Below, one piece after another: positions 14,628-27,449 of a stretch of 64,000 nt of DNA (positions are counted from its first letter, which is position 1; each line of letters starts with the position of its first letter). Position numbers and translations under genes: made by a program. Source of the DNA: Camelus ferus (Eukaryota). The stretch covers positions 7,876,001 to 7,940,000 of the forward strand of contig NC_045698.1 of the NCBI RefSeq assembly GCF_009834535.1, in the 5' to 3' direction. The notes beneath the pieces are model-generated. The model was not told where the DNA came from. It did no database searches and was given only the letters and a program-made list of their open reading frames with translations.

Positions 14628-14885
14628 ATACGTGTTGGGTTTCTGTGCCTCTCTCCTCCGTTTCCCTTCTCAGGCCACACCTGTTCTGTGCCTTTGTACC
14701 ACCTGCAAGGCACCCGCTTGCTCCCCACCAGAACCTCAATAAATGTGAGAGTCAACACAAAGGATCAGCACCTGCGTCTGACTTGACGCTGTGAGCTGGT
14801 ACCCGAGAGCCTGCCGGCGACTCAAGTGCCTCTTTCCTTCTGAAATTTCCTATCTTGGTTTGGCTGTAGAACCAGAGGGGACTCA

Positions 14886-15293
<408 letters not shown>

Positions 15294-15997
15294 CTAGCCA
15301 GCACCCCTCCGCCCGGAAAAGCAATCAATCTTCACGCGCACATTTTCCTTTGGATGTATTTAGCCGGGGCTCCTAAAGAAGTCTCCCTTGACAGCGGCGG
15401 TGGAAAGAGTTTAGAGACACTTGGAAAAGTCCTGAGACCTTATCTTCCCCTCAAAGAAACTACTTATGAACAATAGTTACTTTTATGAACAGCTGTCACT
15501 GTTGACTGAAGTTCACTTGTGAGTGAGGGAGAACCCACAACCACAGGAGGCCCTGGAGGCGGCCCACTCCCGGACCACTGCCGCCTGGGGATGAGGGCTC
15601 AACATCACCAAAAGCACAGATAACGGGACTTCTGTCAGCTCTGGGAGGGTGACACTAACGCTGACCGTCTGCCAGGGCGCTTTCTGGGAGTAAAACGGGG
15701 CAAGGGCTGCAAACTGGGCCGTCCCAGGCGAGCCAGCGTCCGTGGCCACCGGGGACGCTACGGATCCTCCTTGCCATGGCTGGCACTCCCGTTTCCTTCG
15801 CGTGGGGGCTGAACGGTGGTTAAGGACACACGTCATACAGCTGGACGCCTGTGGAGCCTCAGGCCTCTGACTGCTGCTGTGTGACTTGGACGGCGCTCCC
15901 GCTATCTCTGTGCCTCAGTAACGCCCTCTATAAGGTGACCCTAACAGTGCTCACGTCTTACGATGCTGTGTGGTTTAGGGGATTTAAAGTGTTCACG

Positions 15998-16503
15998 TGC
16001 GGTGGGCAGAATAAAGCTCCCCACCCCAAAGACGTTCACATCTTAATCTCCGGAACCTGTGAATGTGTTAGGTTATGTGGTGGGGGAGAGTTGACCTTCA
16101 GATGGGAAGGCTAGGATGGGACCATGCAGTCGGGCCCAGCGGACTGGACGGAGATCCAGATGGGCCCATGTAATCATGAGGGTCCTATAAGCAAAAGAGG
16201 GAGGCAGAAGAGTTAGGGTGAAACAGTGTGGGAAGGACACGACCTGCCATTGCTGGCTTTAGAGATGGAAGAAGGGGCCATGAGCCACGGAATGTGGGCG
16301 GCCTTCTAGAATTTGTAAAAGACAAGGAAACAGATGCTTCCTGAGAGCCTGCAGAAGGAATGCAGCTCTGTCCACACACAGATTTTAGCCCAGCAAGACC
16401 CATTTTGGACTCCCAATCCCCAAAACGGTAAGATAATAAATCTGTGCTTTTAAGTCACCATGTCTGTGGCTATTGGTTAAAGCAGCAAGAGGAAACTAAC
16501 CCA
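15998..16503 (+). mobile_element. MaLR solo LTR, MLT1D-like, flanked by MIR-like sequence
   Basis: tgcggtgggcagaataa...ccaaagacgttcacatcttaatc...aagcagcaagaggaaactaac. Confidence 0.82.
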
Positions 16504-16589
16504 CTGTGTACATACAAAGCAGAGTGCCCGGCACACAGTAAGTGCTTTACGAGGACACATCGTTAACAGTGGGGGAGGCAGTACCACTG

Positions 16590-16705
16590 GGAGGGCCAGA
16601 GCTTGTGACCTGGAGCTAATCCCTCTGTGATGGAGTCCTGGCTCCGCCATTTAATGAGCTGTGTGACCTTGGCCAAAGTACTAAATCTCTGTGCTTCTAT
16701 TTCCT
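16590..16705 (+). mobile_element. MIR SINE fragment
   Basis: Core cctggctccgccattt...agctgtgtgaccttggccaaagtactaaatctctgtgc. Confidence 0.65.
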
Positions 16706-19327
16706 CCCAAAGACCCCACTGCCAAATTGGAGATTAGCTCTCAACATATGAATTTTGGGGGAAACAAAACATTCAGTCCAATGCATCAACCTTTTGATTT
16801 TTGCTCTGGATTTGAGGAACTGAAGGAAGAAGAAAAAAAATACCTAACTTTTAAAAAGGATAACATAATGGTGGAAAAAAAAAAACTGAACTGAACTAAG
16901 TTTTATTTTTAAAAGCACACCAACTTGGCTATCATTTTTCCGTGACCAACTGTGCAAACAGCCACCATTCAAGGCAGGGGACATTGTTCCATTTTACAGA
17001 TGAAGGAAACAAGACCGGAAGCCATCAGAGACTCATAGCAGAATGTACCATTTCTCTCTTGTCCTGGGTTGGGACTGGAAGGGGGTGGGGGCTGCCAGGG
17101 TACAGATCCTGCACTGCTCCCACCTACAACTGGAATCTGGTAAAAGGCAGCAGATGTCTTTGACTTGACTCCTGGGGGCATGAAAATCAACCAGAAAAAC
17201 CAGTTTTCAAGGTATATTTCTGGAGCCTTTGCCGTTCCAGACCTTGTCAGCTTTTCAAGGTTTCATGGGCTGCTAATCCCACAGGCTTTGAGTCAACTTG
17301 ATTTTCTATTTCAAGCGTCCTCTCGGCATCAAAAAAGAACCGACATGAAAGCAGGTAAGCACAGGACGATGCATGAGAGAAAAGTCTCTCACTGGAAGGA
17401 AAATGTTATGGCATAAGTCAGAACGATTTTTAAATCAGCTCAAACTGATTTTTCTTACATCAAAGACTTGGGAGAATAAACTTCTTTGTCATCCTGCTGT
17501 TCGTCCTCCCTGGGGGCACATCCATGCCTCTAGTTTAACAAATGACTACTGGGGAGTAAATCTGCAGGTTCGAGAAATGCTCTATCATCTACCTGTGGCT
17601 GGGGGATGATCTGCGGAGAAGACGGATGGGGAGGGAGAAAGCGGCGGTGGGGGGTCGGGGGGGAGGACAAGAGGTGGTTTAGAGGGAAGGATGTATGGGG
17701 GGGTGTTCCCAGAAACTGAACTCATCTCTCTCTTTAAGCTTGTTTCGGGAGAATTACCAAGTCAAGTGCTTTTCTCCGAAGGGTACGGGACAAAAAAAAA
17801 AAAAAAAAAAAGACCAGCCCCCGTCTTTCTTGGGGACACCAGCAGAAGGCGCATGGCAGCCGTTGGTTTTGGTTTCCATATCCATTGCTGTCACCAGAGC
17901 TTTCAGCAGCTCCTCTTGGTCACCAGGGTCATTTTGATTCCTTATTTTCTATTAGAAAGGGCTAATTTGGAAGCTGTCTGTAGAATGTGCCACCATATGT
18001 TACCCATTCAACAAACTGTCCCAATTATGGGAGCTGAGCTGAGAGCGTGCACGGCATCCAGGCTCTTTTACTCATTAACTTCACTGGCCCTGGAGACAGC
18101 GTGCACTCACATTCTTCCCGCCTCTAACTTGTCATCGTGAAAGCTCAGAAGTGGCCGAGCACAGGGCTGAGTGGAAAATAACAGGACAATAATAATACGT
18201 TTAAAACTGAACAGCACATTCTGGCCCGCAGAGCACCGCCGGGCGGTTAATCACCAGCTACGAGGATCCTCCTTGTCTCCAAGGGGAGGTCGCTCGGGTC
18301 CTGCCTCTGGGAGTCGGGAGCGGGAGAAAGCACATCTGTCAGCATGGTCCTGGTGCCTAACGTGGTGCTCCAGCCACCTCGACAGGAATATCTGAGTCTT
18401 CTGACTCCAGCCCTAAATGGTCCTAATTTTTCCAGTTGACCCTTTGGTGGAAAATGTGGACATTAAGACAGAGGGTCTCCAAGCTCCGCCCAGAGTCTGA
18501 GGAGTCTGGTTGTCCAAGACATCAGAAAACAGCATGTGTGCCTCACAGCACTTTGATTTTGGACCACACTCTTGGAGGCTGCCTACCCCACCACACTGGT
18601 GGTGCGGGCACTTGGCCAAGGCAAGAGGAAGTTGACTCTTCTTTTGTTTTCAACTGCAAGGCCCAGGCAGTAATCTTGCTTGCCTGGTCTCCATTACAGT
18701 AAGAGGCTTCAGGTCCCCTGCCTTAGTCTTTACCACTCGCAATATTAAGATCCTTGGCAGCTTCTGTGAAATACAAATTACTTTCAGCAGCTTTTTAAAA
18801 ACTAAATCCCATGTCTGTTGTGTTAACAGGTATCTGTATACACTCAAGACAGCTTCTTCACTGGTTGCCTCTTTAGGGACTTAATTTTCCTGTCAATGAT
18901 ATGAAAAGGTCTACAATGGCTGTTAAGGCTTTTACAAGAGAGGTTGATTCAATCTTTTATATAATATTTCACTTTTGCAATTGATAACATGTACACAGTA
19001 AATGAATGGATGCGAATGAAACTGAGTGGCAGTGACAAGATGACAGTGTTCGTAACTGGACTGACCTCATCTTAAAAGGGTTGGCGTCCCAGCAGAGATC
19101 ATGGATTCCAATCTTTAGGGAGTAGGGCTCAGGAATCAGTAACTTCCTAAAGTTTTCAGTCACTCTAATGTGTAGTGAAGGTTGAGAAGTGCCATGCGAA
19201 ATCATCCCCATGCCACTAGCAACTAAATGAATAAAATCATTCTTATTTGTTCTTTATCTGACTTGCCAACTCAATTACATTATTCTTTATTCTTGATTGG
19301 AGTCCACTGTAAAGCTGGATCTACTAA

Positions 19328-19512
19328 GGTGGGTTCACAATCCAAGATGCACATGGAATGACCAGAGGAAATTTCAGAGGAACAGACATTGGAGACGAGA
19401 GTTGGACATTCGGATTCAGGGGGCTGTGGTGGGGGTGGGTCCAGGCATGCACATTTATTAAATGCTCCAAAGGCAATTCTGATGAAGAGTTGGCATTAAA
19501 ACCATGGGATTA
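19328..19512. mobile_element. MER5-like hAT MITE, degenerate
   Basis: tgcacatggaatgaccagagg...gggtccaggcatgcacattt...ggcaattctgatg. Confidence 0.5.
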
Positions 19513-19515
19513 AGG

Positions 19516-19731
19516 CTTTGGTTCACAACCAGGGCCATTTTTTAATTCTTCATGGCACATTTGGCAATGTTTGGAGACATTTTTGTTTGTTACAATGGGG
19601 GTGGGGGGCATGGTACTGGCATCTTATGGGTGGAGGCCAGGAACGCTGCTCAGTATCCGACAGGGCACAGGATCACCCCCAATAAAGCAATAATCAGCCC
19701 AAAATGTCAACAGTGTGGTTCTTGAGAAGAG
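19516..19731 (+). mobile_element. MER20 MITE
   Basis: catttggcaatgtttggagacattttt...actggcatct...gaggccagg...cccaaaatgtcaacagtg; homologous to 7320-7542. Confidence 0.82.
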
Positions 19732-20395
19732 CTTACTAAGGTGTCATGCTCACCACACCTATTACTTTAGAGCATCAGTAAAGTCTGCATTTATAGGATA
19801 TTATGAAATTACAGATTCTTATTTAAAGTGAATCAACACTAATCAAAAGACAAATTAAGATAAAACAAAACAGCTCAAACACTGGAGAAGCTCACCCAAT
19901 TCTATTTTGGTTTGTGAAGTAAAACACTGAGCAGACACTAATGATTAACGTTTTGACAGCCTCGTTAATTTAGCATTTTGATGGCATTTATTTAGACTTC
20001 ATCAGGCATTCTTTAAATGGCATTTGATAGAATTAAGTTGTGAAAAAGCTATCTTGTAAGAATACAGGCTTATTCAAATCTCAGGTAGTTTTAAAATTTC
20101 CTTTTTCTTTGGAAAGTGGATTTTAGAAAATAAAGCTAGAAGACAGTGGGTACCCTGGTGTGTGAAGGCTTATATACTCATCTGGAACACCTGTAGTTTG
20201 AGTTACTTTAATTCTTACGTGTTACTAATCAAGAATTAAGTGTCTAGTTCTAGGCTAGGATTGGAAGTCCTGTCGATACAGATTTCAGACTGAAAGTATT
20301 AAACTCCGCGCTAACTCCCCATCCTTGTTAGCCGTTGTTTAGTCCCCGGACATCTTTATTCTGTAAGACGCTTCACCTGTGCAAACACAACAGAC

Positions 20396-20513
20396 CTTGC
20401 TGTCAATCTCACTGCTCCCCAGCGCAGACTGAATCACGTAGAGCAGCGCGTCCGTGAGCCCGTCGCACTCCCGCATCCTCCTGCGGGCTTCCTCTCCGGC
20501 TGAACTAACGTTC
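20396..20513 (-). CDS. CTNND2: CTNND2 coding exon (approx. human exon 13): (R)[39 protein letters not shown]
   Basis: Within ORF 20339..20692. Acceptor tttgcag|G, donor AAG|gtctgt; 118 nt, phase 2 to 0. Confidence 0.97.
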
Positions 20514-20540
20514 CTGCAAAGCAAAAAGGGTGTGTCAGCA

Positions 20541-20853
20541 AATGAACGGATCTCCAAAACAGAAAGAGACACACAGGCATAGAAAGCAAACTTAAGGTTA
20601 CCCGGGGCGGTGGGGAGGGGGGAGGAGGGGTAAATCAGGGAGTTTGGGATTTGCAGATACACACTACTACGTATAAAATAGATGAATGACAAGGTCTGAG
20701 TCTATAGCACAGGGGACTGAATTCCATATCTTGTAATAGCCTATAATAAAAAGAATATGAAAATGAATATATGTATGTAACTGAGTCACTATGCCATACA
20801 CCAGAAATTAACACACCATTGTAAATCGACCATATTTCAATTAAAAAAATAGA
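20541..20853 (+). mobile_element. 5'-truncated L1 3' end inserted 27 nt from the acceptor of the 20396-20513 exon
   Basis: L1 3'UTR motifs and A tail; TSD TGTGTCAGCA at 20531-20540 and 20854-20863. Confidence 0.9.
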
Positions 20854-21729
20854 TGTGTCAGCATCCTTCATGGTGGTCATCAAAAGAATGTTCTTCTGCC
20901 CACTTCTTGTGATAGCTTTAATGAAAACACTGCCTTTTCAGAGCATTTACCAAGAATATAGTTTTAATGAGTAGGAATGGCTTCCACAAATGCCTCCTAG
21001 AACCGGCTGAGTCACAGATGTCTGTAACGGAACACTAGAGAGGGAGAATGCAGAATTCCAAACACGCCATCCCTGACAGTCCTGCGACCACTAAGGACGG
21101 AGACTTTGGAAAAGTCTTCCAGGTCTGCTTCACTTACAATCGACAAGGGAATCAGAAGCTCTTTGATTCAAAGGATTCCTCTTCTTTGAGAAGTCTGAAA
21201 TTCCTTCCAAAGACAAAGCTTCCAACTTAGTGAAATATCTTACAGCCCTAAGTTCACCTGCCTCAAAAATATACCTACCTTGGCCCCACCGGAGGTAAAC
21301 TTCTAGAAATTTATCCCAAGAACATAGATAGAGGTTTAGGTGAAAACTGAGTCATCGGGGTGCCCATGGCACCTTTTATGGGTCAGAGAAGCCAAGCTCC
21401 TTCCTGTAGCGGCAAAGGAAGCTAAAGCCAACCGAAGGGGCCTCTTGTAACGGACACACAGCTGGGAGGCAGAGAGCACGTCTCGACCTACAAGACACGA
21501 GACAATCCAGTCGAAGGAGAATCGTCGGGGTGCTTGTCATCACGTTCTTTGTCTGCTAACCACGGCTAGGATGCATTTCCAGTAGAGACTTCTGCAGTGA
21601 CTGACTCAGGGACAGCACAGCCTTTTGGAGGGGTGCTGGAGGAGGTGAGTTAACAGAAGGTACCAAGGGACAGAAAGAATTTAGAAACTTGGGGAAGGGT
21701 GATGGAAAGAGAGAATGATCTAGGTAGGG

Positions 21730-21865
21730 CAGTGGTTCTCAAACTATGGCTAGCAAAAGAATCACATGGAGGGTGTGTTCCTGTAAATTGCTGGGACCCA
21801 CCTAGGGAGCACAGGTGGAGTCGGATAATTGGCATATTTGGTGATGCTGACATTGAAAACCACTG
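21730..21865. mobile_element. MER5A-like MITE
   Basis: TIRs cagtggttctcaa ... ttgaaaaccactg; internal agaatcacatggaggg. Confidence 0.72.
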
Positions 21866-24800
21866 CTCTGGCTCTAGTTCTGGTGGGGAGGGTTTGGTTG
21901 GGGAGGGTAGTGTTCTCTGCTGACTGCTGAGGCCCACCACGTGGCAGATTCCAAGAATCTGTCACCTTGGGCAGAGCCCACAGGAGTAGATGGATAGAAC
22001 GGATCTCCAAAAACACGCTGTAACTGACAGAGGTATTCTCATTCTGTTTTCCCAACAACCTTCCCCACTATACTTCATTCTGTTCAACAGATGAGAAAAT
22101 GGAGGCTCCAAGAGGTTGTTCAAGGCCACATACATAGAAAATAGAGAAACTGGAACAAAACCCAGGTCGGTGAAGCAGAGGAAAGCAAGGGCTTCAGGCA
22201 TGATATACAGTATGGACTATATTTTTTTAGGAATTAAATCAAAATAAAGTAGGCTCAATGCTAAAGTACTACTGAACATAAATGTTTTCTTTAACGTCTA
22301 AAAAATTCTGTAGACATGTTTACATAGGGTCTATCAGCATTTTCATGTAACACTGGGAAAGGTTATTCAGTTCAAATTAGTATTTTTGGCATTTGCTGAT
22401 CTTGAATATAAACAAAACTCCTCAGTTCCTTAGATAACATAACTGAGCAAATACGAGAAGCATTTTTACATGAAGTGTTACAGATTCTGCCTTGCGGGGG
22501 CCACCCCTCGTTTCTGACAGAATCCTTGGGAGGGAGGAAGGACTCCTCCTGGGAGAGAAACAGTGGTGAGAGGCACACTGCATTATCCAAACTAGAAGGA
22601 TGGCCATTTTAAGAGAGTATTTTCAGACCACTCATCCTTGAAATGATTTTCAGCAGGTTGAACTTGGACACTGAGAGAGTAATAGGTTTGACAAAAGTTC
22701 TAATCAGACCTCTTTGGTCAGAAGAATGCTGGGTGCAATGTATGATTATGTGTCTTAAATCCTGCCTCTTCATGCTGTGATGAGGTCATGTTTCCAGACA
22801 GAAAGATGGAATTCAGACTTGAAAGAAGAACTGAGGGATAGCTCTTGTGCACCTTAGTCTCAAATATCCTCTACACTTTTCCTTCGCTGATGAATGCTGT
22901 CTTCCCTGTGCAGCTTCACGATGGGGGCAGGCTGCCTCCTGATTCACAAATAAACATCATAATGATCAGCCCTATTTTCATCGGTAATCAATGAACGGGC
23001 AGGGCCAGCCAAGGGGAACGATCAGGAATTAACAACTCTGTCAACATCGTAAATTTTCGATATTAATTTGAGCATTTTTCTTTATTCTAGTTCCTGTTCG
23101 ATTCTAGTCTAATCTCTAAAATTAAAAAAAAGTTACTAACTGGCTACTATATAAAAATGTGTAAGACACTGAGAAATGAAAAAGACTAACAAGTCATATA
23201 TATTTTTAAGTGAACTGAGGTGTGGACATGTCTCTTTTTCAGTGGGTAATGGTGTCCTACAAGCCTTTGGTTTGGTTGGGTTGGGTTGGGTTTCCACTTT
23301 TAATCAACTATCCCTGAACAAGTGAATTATATCACAAGATTATCTTTGGTTTCTCCCTCTGGAGGAGAGGAAGGTTTCCTTTACTCCCTAGCACAAAATT
23401 TATTACACTTGTATGTTTCACTGTTTAAAAAGAAAAATCCCAGTGACCTTGTGTATTGGTCACTGAACAAGTTAATCGTAATTATGGTCCTACGTAAGTG
23501 TTTTCACAAAGAGTCAATGCCCCACCTACAAAGTTCTTTCCTGCTGTTGTACTTGAACCATCTTCTGCTCACATTAGGGGAGTGATTTTCATGTCTGGCT
23601 AGAAACTGGTACAGCAAAATTCTATGCACAAATGTAGCATTAAAACAAATACTTGTAGCTATTTTTTTAAAAAGCACAATGATGCTATAATATCTATTCC
23701 TTAGAAGTAATTTTTATAATCTTGATGGAATTGTCAGTTGATATGTCATTTGGAAATTTCTGCCTAAAGTGGATTCTATAATCTTTTTATCTAATAGATG
23801 AAAAATGAAACAATTTATTTCTATATCTTACAATTAAGAGATATGACATCTCTTGCCATCGTTCTTACTCAAATGTAACTAGCTAAACTGCTTTATTTTC
23901 CCTATCTTCAGTGCTGTTTGGCATCTCATTTCTCTGAGCTTCCATCACTCACTATGTTCATTAAAAAAAAATTTAATATACTGTGCTCATAGGGTCCAAA
24001 GTGGAATTTACACGAAAGGCTCTAGTTGCACATCTCCATTTCAGATGGTCCGGATATGGGGGATCAAATCACATAGAAAAGCAAGGGATGAGAGTTTGAG
24101 TAATCAATCTGTTTGAAATCAGCCTCTCCCTTCTCCATACTCCCTTAGCTCTTTGAATCTTATTGATTGCTTATTGATCACCATTGATTTTGCATTGGCA
24201 TTATTTAGGCTGTGACCTTATTGCTGCACTGGGACTTTCAGGGGGGCAGAAGGCATGTCATGGTTATTTGTATGCCCAGCGTGCAGCTGAGTGCCCGGTA
24301 CATCCGAGGATGCTCAATGCAAGCTGGCTATCACATGTGTGCTCAGCTCTTGCAATGGACTGGAATTCACATGGAGTCCGGAACCGAATCACCTCTGTGC
24401 TCTGTGCTTATTGGATAAGTATCAGATGTCTGTGACACCATCCATGCAGGCTTCTACTGCGATTTCTGTTCTGCCACTACAACCGCCATCCTTGTAAACT
24501 TGTTCAGCTTGAGATCTGAAGTTTCTTATGATTGTTGATAATATTGATCATACACACTGAGTGCTGGAGCGAACTGCACGTTTGCTGCCGGGAGCCAATC
24601 AGGCTCTCCCCAGTGTCACACCCACCTCGCCCACAGGCCTGTAGGAAGAGTTTTCTGGTTCAAGATTACTTTGTCTCCCTGTGGTCTCTGTTACCTCCTT
24701 TCCTCTCCACCTCACCTGATTCTTGGCTTTTATAATCTGGCCTCCAGTGGGGTCATCTCATACCTGGCCCACCCCCAGCCCCTTGAGTCCTGGGTTCCAG

Positions 24801-25285
24801 CCCTGCTAAAACTCCTTACCGTCCTTCCTGTTGGCCCAGCCCTGCATATCTCTGGGATCCTTGGCCTCATCTCCCAACTTACAATCAATAGAGCCCAGAC
24901 ACTGGGTCTCTGTAGGATCTGGGCTGGGTTCCTGAGACTGTAAACATGTGTGAGCGGTGGGACGGGGCGGCCAGAGGGTTTTAGAGAGCAGAGCTGAGGT
25001 CGTTTCAAGAAACACAGGTAGTCTGGAGGCAAAGCTGAAATATGAAGCCACCCACTCCGCAGGCCTTGATGCCAACACATCAGGACAGGCAGGGGAGAGA
25101 CAGAATCCATCACAGGTGACAGCACAGGGCAGATCTGATGTTCAAGCGGGTCTGTCTTTGTAGGGGAGGGGTGGGAAGCATCCTCTTCTTGGTTGTCTAT
25201 TCCTTGCTCCCCACTGCATAGGACTGAGCAGGAACTCAGTGAATGATTGCTGAATAACATGTTTTCAGGGCTGTCTCCTTCTAGC

Positions 25286-25492
25286 CAGTAGTTCTCAACC
25301 ATGGCGGTTTTGCCCCCGGGGAACATTTACTAATGTCTGGGCGCCTCGGAACATTTTGGTTGTCATAACTGCAGAGGGAGGGGTGTTCCCAGCATCTAGT
25401 ATCTGCATGTGGTCAGGGCTGCTGCTAAACATCCTGCGATGCCCAGGACCAGCCCCCCAGGGAAGAATGCCATGTGGAGGCTGAGGACCCTG
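25286..25492 (+). mobile_element. MER20 MITE
   Basis: cagtagttctcaacc...ttttggttgtcataactg...gctgctaaacatcctgc...ggctgaggaccctg. Confidence 0.8.
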
Positions 25493-25557
25493 CGCTGGGT
25501 AGCTAGGCTCCCTGAGGGTCTGATCTGCAGGACTTCAGTACTGAACATTGCTCAGCC

Positions 25558-25708
25558 CAGTGGTTCTCAAACCTCTGCTGCATACGAATTGTCTTTGGAA
25601 CTTGATAAAAATTCAAAGGCTTAGGTCCTCACCCTAGTCCAATAACACTGGGCCTGAGTGTGTTCTGTTAGATTGATGCCAATCCACACCAGGGTTTGAG
25701 AATCACTG
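25558..25708. mobile_element. MER5-like MITE with 15/16 terminal inverted repeats
   Basis: CAGTGGTTCTCAAACC ... GGTTTGAGAATCACTG. Confidence 0.75.
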
Positions 25709-25816
25709 TCCTAGCCCACAGCAGGGAATTGGGATATTTATTGAATGATCCTGTAATCATCCACTGGAGCCACATGATACATGGATTCTTAATACTTGGT
25801 CATCTCTTCCCAACAG

Positions 25817-26511
25817 TAAAACCAAGCAGGACTCCATGAAGCCTTCCTGGGATAACCCCCTCCCCACCCCTACCACATCCCTCCACCTGCCTTTTATCTG
25901 TAGAAAAACTTTGGCCAAAGAATATTTTTAATCAGAGAAGTGAGAAATATAGAAGCAAAGGAGATCAGTCAAACAAGACCAAGTAATAGTTCACTCATTA
26001 AGCAAAGTCAAGGACCTTACGTTCCTCTTCAAGGACTATAGATAATATTCTGAGCCACATCCTTTGGACTGTTTTGTAGATACTGAAACTCGAACCAGCG
26101 GAAGAAGTTAACTACAGAATGACCAGACTGTAGCCATGACATAAGCTGCCACAATTCCAAGAACTGGCCTCAAAGAAATGGGAACAAATCACCCTGGAAT
26201 TGAAAATTAATTGTTCTTAAAACAATCATGATGACGCTGATCAGACCACTGCGTGAGCAATTTCAAGATGACTATGGGAGCTGGCTGTGCTGTTCTGCAG
26301 TAGCCCCCTCCCTCCACCTGTATACCCCTGAAACTCCCCTTTAAAAGCTTTGTGCCCTGATCCACAGAGGGGAGTTGGCCTTTGGACATGAGTCTACCTT
26401 CTCCCCTGGTTGCTGGTCTCTGAAATAAAGCAACCTTTCCCTTCCTACCAACACTTGTCTCTCAAGTATTAGCTTTTGAGTAGCAAGCAGCCAGACCTGA
26501 CTTTGGTAACA
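25817..26511 (+). mobile_element. ERV1-class solo LTR (695 bp), antisense to CTNND2
   Basis: 4-bp TSD ACAG (25813-25816 and 26512-26515); ends ...ggtaaca; TATA-like tttaaaag near 26340; AATAAA at 26424-26429; 5' TG apparently decayed to TA. Confidence 0.8.
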
Positions 26512-26834
26512 ACAGGGCAGGGGGCATCGTGGCCCCCACACTAAAAGTGATACATTTAAACCAATCACCACAGGCTTTTACTTGGCACCCTTTGAAAATC
26601 TGGAAACAACACTAAATTGTGAGGGGAAATCTAAGTAAAATACAAATGTGAATTCCCTTAATTTCTTGACCCTGTGGCCACCTACCCAGAAACCAGTGAA
26701 ATTAATCTGATCTTTAACATGGGGATGGGAAATCCTGCCAATCATGCTCAGGCCTTTCTCCCATGAAGCAGACTTGCTTTTGCTTTAGCTGGAAGCACCA
26801 CATTTTAAAGAGATCTTTCTGTCCATGAACAACT

Positions 26835-27012
26835 AAATCAGAAGTCAGAGAGTAAATATTTTAGGTCTGGGGGCCACATGGGGTCTTTGTTGTTTCTTTT
26901 CCTTCTTCTTTTTACAACCTTTTAAAAATGTAAAATTCATTCTTATCTGCAGTCAGAGAAAAACAGCTCACTGGTGGGATTTGGCCCATGGGCCACAGTT
27001 TGCCAACCCCTG
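26835..27012. mobile_element. MER58-like hAT MITE
   Basis: agtaaatattttagg...gatttggcccatgggccacagtttgccaacccctg. Confidence 0.7.
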
Positions 27013-27449
27013 ACCTAGATTCTCATCTAAAGTCCAGTTAGAGGGTTCAGGAGGGGTCTCTAAACCCTTGATATTTTGCTCAAAGTTGAGTATATTTCTG
27101 TGTGGAACCATTGTAGGAAGAAAAGGTAACAGAGGTAAGTCAATTCAAACCAACAAAACAACCCACCTTGACTGGGCACCTGCTGTGCTCCACACTCTAT
27201 GCCAAGACTTGGGATAAAGAGAAAAACACCTGGCCCTTGACCCAGGGAGCTCAGAGTCCAAGAAGGTAAGCAGGCACACATTTAATGTGCCTGAATCTGA
27301 TATCATCACAAAACTAGCAGCAGGAAGAATCAGGGAAACAATCTCCCTTGGAAGTGAGGTCCAGGCACTTCCAGTCATATCTGGGTGTTCCTAGAAGCAA
27401 ATACAGGATGAAATGGATGGACGTTTTACTGCTCACCTTCACTGACGCT

